Numbered from the stretch's first letter, positions 8,410-19,287 are shown. The stretch: DNA of 27,538 nucleotides from Octopus sinensis (GCF_006345805.1 NW_021823650.1:1-27538); one strand, 5' to 3'. Notes: a model not told the origin generated them from the sequence alone. Numbers and translations are program-made.

Positions 8410-10185
8410 TTGCACTACCACCACCACCACCACGACCACCACAACCACCACCATCACCACCACAACCACCAGCACCAGCACCACCACCACCAGCACCGTC
8501 ACCACCACCACCACCACCACCACCACCACTACCACTGCCACCATCACCACTACCAGCACCACCACCACCACCACTACCACCGCCACCATCACCACCACCA
8601 GCACCACCACCACTACCATTACCACCGCCACCATCACCACAACCACCAGCACAGCACCACAACACGACGACAATCCACCACACGACAACGACGACGACGA
8701 CCACCACCACCACCACAACAACAACAACAACAACAACCACCAGCACCAGCACCACTACCACCACCACCACCACACCAACCAAACACAACACACAACCACC
8801 AGCATCAGCACACACCACCCTCACACCCACCAGCACCACCACCACTACCATTACCACCGCCACCATCACCACTACCAGCACCAGCACCAGCACCACGACG
8901 ACCACTACCACGACGACGACGACGACCACGACCACGACGACCACCACCACCACAACAACAAAACCACAGCACCAACCACCACCAACACCACCACACAACC
9001 ACCACCATCAACCACCACAACCACCAGCACCACTACCCCACCACACCACCACCACCACCACCACATCAACACCAAACAACCACCACGCAATCACCACCCC
9101 AATTCACCCACCAAACAACAACCTACACACACTAGCCACCACCACCATCACTACTACCAGCACCACCACCACCACTACTACCACCACCACCATCACCACC
9201 ACCACCACTACCACCAGCACCAGCACCACCACCACAACCAACATCACCGCCACCACTACCACCAGCACCAGCAGCACCACCACCACCATCCGCTGCTATC
9301 ATAATTACCATAAACATCCCCCACCACTGCTATAGTTACCATATTTATCACTCCCACCCTGGCTACTAATATCACCATAACTACTATATTGATTAGTATT
9401 ATTACAATGACTACCAATGTCACCGTGACTACCACCGTGACCAACATCGCAGCTATCACCATAAACACCACTATCACTGTCACTATTACTACTACTACTA
9501 CTACCACAACACCACCCCACCACCACACACCACCACCACCACCACCCCACCACCCCACCACTAGCACCACCACCACCACCACCCCACCACCACCACTAGC
9601 ACCACCACCACCACCACCACCACCACCCACCACACCACCACCACCACCACCACCACTAGCACCACCACCCCACCACCACCACACCACCACCACCCCAACC
9701 ACCACCACCACCACCACCACCACGACTCCTACCATTATCATAACAACCACTGTGGTTACCAGCATGGCTTCTACCGTCGCCATGGTCTCCACTATTACTA
9801 CTACCACCATCACCCTCATCACTACCACTACCAACACAAGCACCGCCACCGTCAGCACCACCAGCACCACCAGCACCAACACCACCACCATCAAACCACC
9901 ACCACTAGCACCGGCACTACCAGTACTGTACCAGCACCAGCCCCACCACCATCGTACCACCACTACCACCTGCACAACCACCACCACCACCACCACCACC
10001 ACCATCACCACCACCACCACCTGCACAACCACCACCACCATCACCAACACCGGCAACACCAGCACCGCCAACACCACCACCACCACCTGCACAACCACCA
10101 CCACCACCACCACCACCGGCAACACCAGCAACACCAGCAACACCACCACTACTGCTACCACCACCACCACCACCACCACCATGAC
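8410..10185. repeat. Degenerate (ACC)n/(CAC)n low-complexity tract
   Basis: Direct reading. Produces Thr/His/Pro and Val/Gly ORFs in several frames on both strands. Confidence 0.92.
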
Positions 10186-10392
10186 TGAACATGATCACTA
10201 CTATTACTATGTCTACCAGCATGATTGCTATTGTCACCATGACACCGACACCAACACTATCAGTGTTATCAGCGTCTCTATAAAAATAGTCACTAAAACG
10301 GTAGGAATATTGCAATCCAGCAAGGGTGCCTATATATGGACAATCGATTGCTAGAAACACCAGCCAAACTTCTGTTAACTCATACTCTATTA

Positions 10393-10610
10393 CCTTTCTA
10401 TTATAGGCACAAGGTCTGAAACTATTTTTTTTTGTGCGGGATAGTCGATTACATCGACCCTCAAGACTCAACTGGTACTTAATTTATCGACCCCAAAAGG
10501 ATGAAAGGCAAAGTCGACCTCGGTGGAATTTGAACTCAGAACGTAACGGCAGATGAAATACCTCCAAGCATTTCGCCCGGCGTGCTAAACGTCTCGGCCG
10601 GCTCATAGCC
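10393..10610 (-). mobile_element. SINE family A copy
   Basis: Matches 18950-19100 in reverse, with the short 3' tail variant (..GGCACAAGGTCTGAAA). Confidence 0.85.
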
Positions 10611-10728
10611 TTTTCTACTCTGTGCCCTTGAAGAAAAAAAGGACACGCGAAGTATGATTCTAAAGCAGTGGTTCACAACCTTTTTAATATCCGGGTCAGA
10701 TCTAAACATGGATGTTTCTAAGGGGCAG

Positions 10729-10759
<31 letters not shown>

Positions 10760-11086
10760 ACACACACACACACACACATAGAAAACAGTACAACACAAGT
10801 TAATTCTTTTATTCTTTTTGTTTATTTGTTTATTTGTTTCAGTCATTTGACTGCGGCTATGCTGGAGCACCGCCTTTAGCCGAACAAATCGATCCCTCAA
10901 GACTTATTCTTTGTAAGCCTAGTACTTATTATATCAGTGTCTTTTGCTGAACCGCTAAGTTACGAGGAAGTAAACACGCCAACATCGGTTGTCAAGTGAT
11001 GGTGGAGACAAACACAGAGAGACAGATAGACAGGCACACACACAAATATATATATATATATATTTATACACACACACACACACACA

Positions 11087-11121
<35 letters not shown>

Positions 11122-11122
11122 C

Positions 11123-11348
11123 ATTGTTGTATTTAGGAATGGTCATTTTGCCAGTTTAGCCAATAAAAACTCACGCACTATATATTTGGTGTTACTTTGC
11201 TTCAGCGTTATTCATTTTTTACATTAATCTTAATCTTATTTCGGCCAGAGTTCTTTCGTCACACTCCTGTGATCTCATCAGTGGTCCTTTGCTTTCTTCT
11301 TTCTTATTTGCGTGTCTCTCCTTACTGACCATTCCTAAATACAACAAT
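11123..11348 (-). mobile_element. 226-bp element with perfect 23-bp terminal inverted repeats, carrying a hammerhead motif
   Basis: ATTGTTGTATTTAGGAATGGTCA (11123-11145) is the exact reverse complement of 11326-11348. Confidence 0.8.
11243..11287 (-). ncRNA. Compact type I hammerhead ribozyme motif
   Basis: Minus strand reads GGACCA-CUGAUGA-GAUCACA-GGAG-UGUGAC-GAAA-G-AA-C-UC|UGGCC. Full catalytic core, G-C closed stem II, 1-bp stem III, bulged stem I. Confidence 0.72.
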
Positions 11349-11683
11349 ATCTGTTTCAACTGACGATTTCACATAAAAAATCTTGCAAAACAAATACATA
11401 TATATATATACGACGGGACTCTTTTAGTTTCCGCCTACCAAATCCCCTTACAAGGTTTTGCTCGATCCGAAACTATAGTAGATGACACTTACCCACAGTG
11501 GAACTGAACCCGGAACCATGTGGTTGGTAAGCAAACTACTTTATTTCATAAAAATTGGCTATACAAACCTTATAAAGAGGGGACAAACAAGACAGACAAA
11601 CATAAAATGGTGTTGTAGCTGCTACTATCGATTAAAAATTTCTTATATAATATTTACAATTAAAAGTTTTAACACTTTATCAA

Positions 11684-12696
11684 TTACAATTTTCCGGTGT
11701 CTTCTCTGAGCAGCTTAACAGGAGCTTCCGTCCAACGCCCCACGACGTTATTGGACAGTATCGGCTTGCCCCTCCAGGTGCCGAGTTGCAAGCCAACCGA
11801 CTTGTCCTTGTTAACCTTTGCTCCTGCCACCGCCTCGTAGCTTTTGATAGCCTCTTCCACCACTGGAAGCTGGCCCTCATCCGCCACAATGATGAAGATG
11901 TCATCCGCATACGCTGTAGCTCCTCTTCTATACCACAGATCATGCGGTGCACCCCCTAGTGCCTCCAGCTTCCGTAGCAATGGTTCGAGAGCCAACACAT
12001 ACAAAAGCTGAGCAGCGGACACCCCTGACGCACTGACTCACCGTCCTCCTCTTTCATTCTGCCGAACAGCTTTCCGAGCTTCTCTTTTGGGATTTCAATG
12101 TTTTCAGTTGCCACCGCGGCAACTGCAGCGAACCTCCTCAACGGTTGTTCGTTGCTCTCTTCGTTAGGACGATCATTTTGCACAATTTCCTCAGACATAC
12201 TCGGCTGGAATCAGTATTATACACGGAAACAATATTTCCTCAAAACAGGTAACCTATAATTCTCTTTTTTTTTCGTGAATATTTTTGTTGTAGATAATTT
12301 TCCTATAAAGAAGACAATAAATCAAATCCCTCCCCTGCCGGGGGCCGGGGCGCAACAATAAAGCCTACAACGGCTTAAACAACGTTCATTTTTTTCCACA
12401 ACAATGTCAGCAAATTGCCAAAATAGCGGCCTCACAAAAATCAAATTTTCTGTCTCCCGGCACCGGGAGACAGCACAGTTAGAAAAGTTCACAGTGTAAT
12501 AGTAGAACAGTCAACAACAGTTAGACGAATAACAATTCCAAAAATATCAAACAATTCTCACCAGCAAAAATACGCCTAACGGCAGTTCCGGTCTCACGTC
12601 GCCGGGACACAGCACGAAAAGGTTCAAAGTTCAACATTTAATAATGTTCAACAATTCAACAATGTTAAACAACGATAAACAGTTAATAATCCGACG

Positions 12697-12698
<2 letters not shown>
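11684..12698 (-). mobile_element. Tx1/L1-clade LINE remnant: 5' UTR and ORF1 start fused to an RT fragment
   Basis: SVRQGCP..LLYVLALEPLLRKL..AYADDI..YEAVAGAKVNKDKSVGLQLG is an L1/Tx1-type RT (11684-12045). It abuts an acidic ORF start MSEEIVQNDRPNEE (12198) and an upstream UTR-like region (ORF1/UTR assignment is inference). Confidence 0.75.
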
Positions 12699-12735
<37 letters not shown>

Positions 12736-12737
12736 CA

Positions 12738-12952
12738 ATGTAGGAGGAGTTACCTAACAACTCCGCAAACAAACACACCCACAAACAGAATTTCCCACAT
12801 GTGTGTAGATATATATGTATGCATATATATATATAGATATATAATATATCTATATATATATATATACACATACATATATATCTACACACATGTGGAAAAT
12901 TCTGTCTGTGGCTGTGTTTGTTTGTGGAGTTGTTAGGTAACTCCGCCTACAT
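12738..12952. repeat. ~105-bp-arm palindrome centred near 12843 (inverted duplicate of the Helitron-like 5' end)
   Basis: ATGTAGGAGGAGTTACCTAACAACTCC..CCACATGTGTGTAGATATATA versus TATATATCTACACACATGTGG..GGAGTTGTTAGGTAACTCCGCCTACAT. Confidence 0.85.
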
Positions 12953-13299
12953 CGTTTTATCGATTTTGATGAAACTTGACACGCGAGTAGAACTCATGTC
13001 TGGAAACCTCGTGTCATACTTATATTGTTGAAAAATTCGATAATATGGCTCCTGGAAGGGATCTTTATATCTACTATATATGACTAATATAGTTTATTTA
13101 AACACCCAAAGGGAAATAACCCGTAACGCCTGCACTTCTCTGACCACTAGGCCATGTGCCTCCACATTCATTATGTTTGATATTTACTAAATCAAATAAT
13201 TATTCTTCGTCTATTCTATTTCAAAACATAAACAGTTTTATACATATTGCTGTAATTCATTCACTCATTGCATTAATAGACATTTTTTCAACATCTCCA

Positions 13300-13585
13300 A
13301 ATAACTAAATGCTGGCAATGCATGCAAGGATTCCAATTAAATTTGATTACTCTTTGAATGCCATAACTCCGATAATTCTGCATTTTTCCAGTTAAACATT
13401 TTCGATGACAGAAGATAAATTTCTGATTCTTGAACGTGTTTAATAAGTGTGTCCTAATCCTGCTTTTTCTCACGGACAGCTCTATGTCGGATGCTCTAGA
13501 GTTGGAAATCCGGAAACTTTATTCATCTACGCACTCAACGGCAAAACCCAAAACATTGCATATCACGAAGCCCTGCAAGACAGAA
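13300..13585 (+). pseudogene. C-terminal PIF1-type helicase fragment of Helitron RepHel
   Basis: ARIPI..LHFPVK..MT..DK followed by NPAFSHGQLYVGCSRVGNPETLFIYALNGKTQNIAYHEAL, the canonical RepHel end. Confidence 0.88.
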
Positions 13586-13609
13586 ATTTTGAAACAAAGA
13601 TGCCTCTCC

Positions 13610-14025
13610 CTCAGACAACCTTTCTCACCAGCCTCCGACAACCTTTCTCACCAACCTCCGAAAACTTCTCTCGACAACCTCCAACAATCTCTCTTGACAA
13701 CCTCTGTCAACCTCTCTCGACAACCTCCAACAATCTCTATTGACAACCTCTGTCAACCTCTCTCGACAACCTCCAACAATCTCTCTTGACAACCTCTGTC
13801 AACCTCTCTCGACAACCTCCAACAATCTCTATTGACAACCTCTGTCAACCTCTCTCGACAACCTCCAACAATCTCTCTTGACAACCTCTGTCAACCTCTC
13901 TCGCCAACCTCCAACAATCTCTCTTGGCAACCTCTGACAACCTCTCTCGCCAACCTCCAACAATCTCTCTTGGCAACCTCTGACAACCTCTCTCGCCAAC
14001 CTCCAACAATCTCTCCTTCCTCCAG
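13610..14025. repeat. 46-bp minisatellite with 11-12-bp internal subrepeats
   Basis: CCAACAATC recurs at 13681, 13727, 13773 and onward; unit CCAACAATCTCTCTTGACAACCTCTGTCAACCTCTCTCGACAACCT. Confidence 0.92.
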
Positions 14026-14165
14026 CTGACAGTTTTTTGTACTTTTTCGCGACGGAAAATTCACCTTTTGTGGCAGTTATAACGAAATTGCTTTTTTATA
14101 TCAGAGTAATAAGGCGTTTAAATAGAACATCTTTACCCCCGGGAATTAGCGGGTACACCAACTAG

Positions 14166-14241
14166 TATATACATACATACCTACATACATACATACATAC
14201 ATACATACATACATACATACCTACATACATACATACATACA

Positions 14242-14272
<31 letters not shown>
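14166..14272. repeat. (TACA)n microsatellite
   Basis: Direct reading. Confidence 0.95.
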
Positions 14273-14274
<2 letters not shown>

Positions 14275-14275
<1 letters not shown>

Positions 14276-14420
14276 AGAAAGAACCCTGTATTGCGAGATT
14301 ACCAGGCAGCTGGGCTATGAGGAGAAGACTGATAAGACTTTTGTGAATGAAGATCTTCGTTACAGGTCTTACCAGATAGAGATTGAACAACTGCTCACTC
14401 AGAAGTGGCTGTATGGCAGG
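14275..14420 (+). pseudogene. Short fragment of a related Tc1/mariner (maT-like) transposase
   Basis: EITRQLGYEEKTDKTFVNEDLRYRSYQIEIEQLLTQK. DNA GCGAGATTACCAGGCAGCTGGGCTATGA and CTGCTCACTCAGAAGT match 4790-4890 in reverse. Confidence 0.7.
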
Positions 14421-15407
14421 CGTAGACGTGGCTCTGTGGTAATAAGCTACTAGTGATGATGATGATGGTAATGGTGGTAATGGCAGCGTTGGCGGTGGTA
14501 GCGGTGGTGGCTCTGGTGGAGGTTATGGCATGGCAGTGATGTAATCGTAGTTGTGGTCGTGGTTATGATGAGGATGTCATATGTGTGTGTGTGTGTTATG
14601 TATAGGAAGAAAAGAGTGAAGAAGAGGGAAAAATTTAGATTGATAAAAATATGTGTATAATCTTACGTATGTATATATGCGTGTGTGCGTATATAAGTTA
14701 TATGTATATATATGTGTGCGTATGTTTGTACACACATACACACACACACACACATAATGACAGTAATAATGACTCCTATTAGCGCAATCTTTAGTTAAAT
14801 GGAGGAATTTAATCGTTTATTTTTTCATTCCTCGACTTCGTTGCCAAAACACCATTATCAACATGACACCATCAATATAACTACGAGCACAATTACAATT
14901 AGATCACTGCTATACTATGGCCATCACCAGTGCCACCACCGGGACCGACACTATTACCCCCACCACTTCCACGACGACCAGCACCTCCACCACCAAAACC
15001 ACCACTACAGCCATAACTGTCACCCCCCCCCCACCACCACCACCATCAACACCCGTTATCATAACTACCATACCGATCTCATTACTACTGTAAAGTATTT
15101 ACTATTAAAAAAATAACGTTGAATAAATGAAGAATATTAATTGGGGGAAAAAGAGACAATTAGACATAAGAGCGAATCCTTCAACCGAAAAAGTTTCAGC
15201 CAAAAAAATGCGGTCAGCAATTGAAACAAGTTTAAAACAAAATATTATTAGTATTAAAGAAGCAGGAAGAAAACTCTATTAATGATAATAAATGTGTAAG
15301 AAGAATGTATTGAAGACTTCTGAATGGCTTATATCACTCGCGAATAAATGAAGTTCTAGATATATTCAGACAAGCTATGTTTGCCATTTAGAAATTCAAA
15401 CGAGGCG

Positions 15408-15440
<33 letters not shown>

Positions 15441-15444
<4 letters not shown>

Positions 15445-16071
15445 TCGCCATGATAGATCGGTAGCCACTACACACATTTTTCTCTCCTTTTTTCTCTCTT
15501 TTTTTTCTCTCTCCTTGCTTCTTTCTGTGTTCCTTTCTGTGGAAGAGCGTAGTCTCGAAACGTAAAAGACTTTCTCAATTCCCGAGCGTTATACTAATAC
15601 ATCTGTATGTTTTCTACACCACCTATCTTCGCCTTTTGTTTTTTTCGTGAATTCTCTCTCTCTATATATATATATATATGACGTTTGATAGTCGAAAAGC
15701 CTGGTTCTAATGTACATGTATAATCATTGTTTTTCCGTTGTATTTCTATCGTTATTTTATTATTTTTTCGTTGAATCAGTTACATTTGTTATTCTTTTTG
15801 CGTGTCTTGTTTATTTTTGTCCTTATACACATTAGTTAGCTGTTCCCAGAGGCTTCCTGCTCTGGTACTGCTAGGACAGAGTGGTGTTGGTGTTAAGGGC
15901 GCGAGATCACTGGGGTGTCTGGAACATTGACTGATGAAGAATCAAGTGCGAATTTTCCGTTTGTTATGTTTTCTTCAAATTATCCCCTGTTGTGTTGCGG
16001 AAATAACGTGTTCTGTTGTACATGTTGTATATGTGTATGTATAATTATTCTTTTTCTGGTGTGTGTGTGTA

Positions 16072-16102
<31 letters not shown>

Positions 16103-16470
16103 TTCTGGGTGGAGGTGCTTATCTCCCCTGTTTGAAAACATAAGGACACAGTACGCTTATATCACATGGCCAACTGGAAACAGTGTTTCCTGGGGGCTAA
16201 ACGTAGTATTCTTCCCTTTCCTGGGGCTGCTACATTAAGTTGGCAACAAACCATCTCTATAAATATATATATTTCGTTTTTGGATTTGGTTTGCAAGATT
16301 CTTTATGTCAGTTCATGTGTTGAACCATTTTCTGTTGTGTCTGGGGAGAGTAATTTTCTTTTTGTGCCTTATAATATAACACACTCATCGGTAAAATTTC
16401 CACTGATTTCTTATTTTTACTTTCCTAAAATTTTCGTTGCGTCTTGCAACCTTTTCAATAGTATGTATAT

Positions 16471-16532
<62 letters not shown>

Positions 16533-17620
16533 TCGCCATGATAGATCGGTAGCCACTACACACATTTTTCTCTCCTTTTTTCTCTCTTTTTTTTCTCTCT
16601 CCTTGCTTCTTTCTGTGTTCCTTTCTGTGGAAGAGCGTAGTCTCGAAACGTAAAAGACTTTCTCAATTCCCGAGCGTTATACTAATACATCTGTATGTTT
16701 TCTACACCACCTATCTTCGCCTTTTGTTTTTTTTCGTGAATTCTCTCTCTCTATATATATATATATATATGACGTTTGATAGTCGAAAAGCCTGGTTCTA
16801 ATGTACATGTATAATCATTGTTTTTTCCGTTGTATTTCTATCGTTATTTTATTATTTTTTCGTTGAATCAGTTACATTTGTTATTCTTTTTGCGTGTCTT
16901 GTTTATTTTTGTCCTTATACACATTAGTTAGCTGTTCCCAGAGGCTTCCTGCTCTGGTACTGCTAGGACAGAGTGGTGTTGGTGTTAAGGGCGCGAGATC
17001 ACTGGGGTGTCTGGAACATTGACTGATGAAGAATCAAGTGCGAATTTTCCGTTTGTTATGTTTTCTTCAAATTATCCCCTGTTGTGTTGCGGAAATAACG
17101 TGTTCTGTTGTACATGTTGTATATGTGTATGTATAATTATTCTTTTTCTGGTGTGTGTGTGTATACATACATACATACATACATACATATTTCTGGGTGG
17201 AGGTGCTTATCTCCCCTGTTTGAAAACATAAGGACACAGTACGCTTATATCACATGGCCAACTGGAAACAGTGTTCCTGGGGGCTAAACGTAGTATTCTT
17301 CCCTTTCCTGGGGCTGCTACATTAAGTTGGCAAAAACCATCTCTATAAATATATATATTTCGTTTTTGGATTTGGTTTGCAAGATTCTTTATGTCAGTTC
17401 ATGTGTTTTGAACCATTTTCTGTTGTGTCTGGGGAGAGTAATTTTTTTTTGTGCCTTATAATATAACACACTCATCGGTAAAATTTCCACTGATTTCTTA
17501 TTTTTACTTTCCTAAAATTTTCGTTGCGTCTTGCAACCTTTTCAATAGTATGTATATATATATATATAATTATATATTATATATATATATATATATATAA
17601 TATATATATATACATACACA
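15441..17620. repeat. Recent ~1.09-kb tandem duplication (15441-16528 and 16529-~17620)
   Basis: Both copies start TCAGTCGCCATGATAGATCGG. Offset 1092 (ORF starts 15915 and 17007). Differences are almost all 1-nt indels. Units are bounded by (TA)n. Confidence 0.95.
15533..15568 (+). ncRNA. Minimal hammerhead-like motif (Penelope-type); duplicate at 16621-16656
   Basis: CUUU-CUGUGGAA-GAG-CGUAGU-CUC-GAAACGUA-AAAG. Stems I and II and the ACGU palindrome are present; the 5' core deviates from CUGAUGA. Confidence 0.45.
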
Positions 17621-18834
17621 CACATGTATCGGTACTGTTTGGATAGACTGGAAGCGCCAGATAAATTACACTCATATCACACAATACCCGGTAGTCTTAT
17701 ATATACAAAAGGACGGATGGTCTTTGCTGGAACGCTTTTTATCATTTCATCTTAAGTCAGTTTAATCAAGACGTCTTCTGTCGACTTGCGTCTGGCACAA
17801 TGTCGGCGCCCCAGATATTTTATATGTTATATCATTTGTTTAGAACTGGTTTCAGATTTTCTAAATCTTCTGTCAGACAGTGTTGAGTATCTGGAAAGTG
17901 ATTGTCCATGCAGCAGGAATTCAGCCATTGATGTACGTATTTATTGCCCTCTCCCCATTAACGAGTTTGTAATAGCCAACATTTTCATCCCGTCCGAGAT
18001 ACAGTTCTTTCCCGAATGTAAAAGCTGTATGGTCAACCCATTTATGCTTAAAGATCTTTCGTTGGCGATGGTATAAAGTTTCACATCTCACCATCCAAAG
18101 TGCTCTTATGGACTCACGAAATTTCATGTGAGAAATTTGATGAGATCCAATTGCTTTTAGGGATCCAACTGCAACACCATCACAAAAACACCACCGCCAC
18201 CACCACCAATATCACAATCTCCACCACCACCACCACCACCATCACAAAAACACCACCACCACCACCAATATCACAATCTCCACCACCACCACCACCACCA
18301 CCACCACCATCACCACCATCACCACCACTATCACAACCATCTCCACCACCAACACCACCACCCGCCACCATCATATTTACCATAATGACCTACCCTGGCA
18401 ACTTACATTACCATGACTACCACTGTCACCGTGACTACTACCGTGACCGATATCGCAGCTATCACCATAAACACCACTATCACTGTCACTATTATTACTA
18501 CCACCATCCCCCTCTCACTACCATCGCCGCCGCCGCCGCCGCCGCCACCACCACCACAACGACTACTACCACTATCATAACAACTAAAGTGGTTACCAGT
18601 ATGGCTTCTAGTGTCGCCATGGTCACGACAATGACAGCAACAACTTCAGCCTTCACCATAATCACCACTACCACCACCACCGCCGCCACCACCACCACCA
18701 CCACCATCACAACCACCACCACCACCACCATTAGTGCAATCCAGCAACGGTGCCTATACATGGACAATCGATTGTTAGAAATACCAGTCAAACTTCAGTT
18801 AACTTATACTCTATTACCTTTCTACTATAGGCAC

Positions 18835-18928
18835 AAGGTCTGAAATTTTGGGGGAAGGGGATAGTCGACTACATCGACCTCAGGACTCAATTGGTACTTA
18901 ATTTATCGACCCCAAAAGGATGAAAGGC
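18835..18928 (-). mobile_element. SINE family A 3' fragment
   Basis: GGCACAAGGTCTGAAATTTT..TTTATCGACCCCAAAAGGATGAAAGGC. Confidence 0.8.
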
Positions 18929-18949
18929 TAGTATATATATACTCAATAT

Positions 18950-19181
18950 GCGGCGAGCTGGCAGAAACGTTAGCACGCCGGGCAAAATGCGTTGCCGTAT
19001 TTTTCGTCTGCCGTTACGTTCCGAGTTCAAATTCCGCCGAGGTCGACTTTGCCTTTCATCCTTCCGGGGTCGATAAATTAAGTACCAGTTACGCACTGGG
19101 GTCGATGTAATCGACTTAATCCGTTTGTCTGTCCTTGTTTGTCTCCTCTGTGTTTAGCCCCTTGTGGGTAGTAAAGAAATA
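18950..19181 (+). mobile_element. tRNA-derived SINE family A, complete copy
   Basis: A-box-like GAGCTGGCAGAAACG, B-box GAGTTCAAATTCC, central GCCTTTCATCCTTCCGGGGTCGATAAATTAAGTACCAG (Meta/MESC-like; inference), tail GTAGTAAAGAAATA. Confidence 0.88.
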
Positions 19182-19251
19182 TATATATATATATATATAT
19201 ATCTCCTTTTTTTTCTCTCCTTCTTTCTGTGTCTTTTTTCTCTCTGTGTAT

Positions 19252-19287
19252 CTTTCTGTTGAAGAGCGTAGGCTCGAAACGTTAAAG
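19252..19287 (+). ncRNA. Minimal hammerhead-like motif (Penelope-type)
   Basis: CUUU-CUGUUGAA-GAGC-GUAG-GCUC-GAAACGUU-AAAG. It sits in the same ~200-bp repeat family as 15445-15660. Confidence 0.5.

Larger units (their letters stand above)
10804..11540 (-). mobile_element. SINE family B (5'-truncated), interrupted in its internal microsatellite
   Basis: 3' part 10804-11035 and 5' part 11410-11540 match 2455-2864 in reverse. Confidence 0.8.
12849..14165 (+). mobile_element. Helitron remnant (non-autonomous composite)
   Basis: 5' A|TCTATATATA. ATCGATTTTGATGAAACTTGACAC motif typical of Helitron-derived elements. PIF1 helicase remnant. 3' GC-rich hairpin CCCG-GGAATTAG-CGGG followed by CTAG|T at 14162-14166. 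Confidence 0.8.

Noticed and set aside
8219-10182. Long ORFs (361, 308, 241, 203 aa) rich in His/Thr/Val/Gly
   Set aside because: They are translations of degenerate (ACC)n, which lacks stops in most frames. They overlap on both strands and have no domain signature.
10665-10730. CAGTGGTTCACAACC resembling a hAT TIR
   Set aside because: Only one end is present, with no partner TIR or 8-bp TSD in the window.
13430-14029. ORFs with LSRQPPTISLDNLCQPL repeats
   Set aside because: Translations of the 46-bp minisatellite, partly fused to the Helitron helicase stub.
15931-15960. CTGATGA in the 1.09-kb duplicated unit (also ~17023)
   Set aside because: No stem II-GAAA-stem III-UH arrangement or stem I pairing could be built around it.
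15915-16552. ORFs of 107 and 128 aa in the 1.09-kb unit
   Set aside because: No recognisable domain, they run through microsatellites, and they are not preserved in frame in the second copy.
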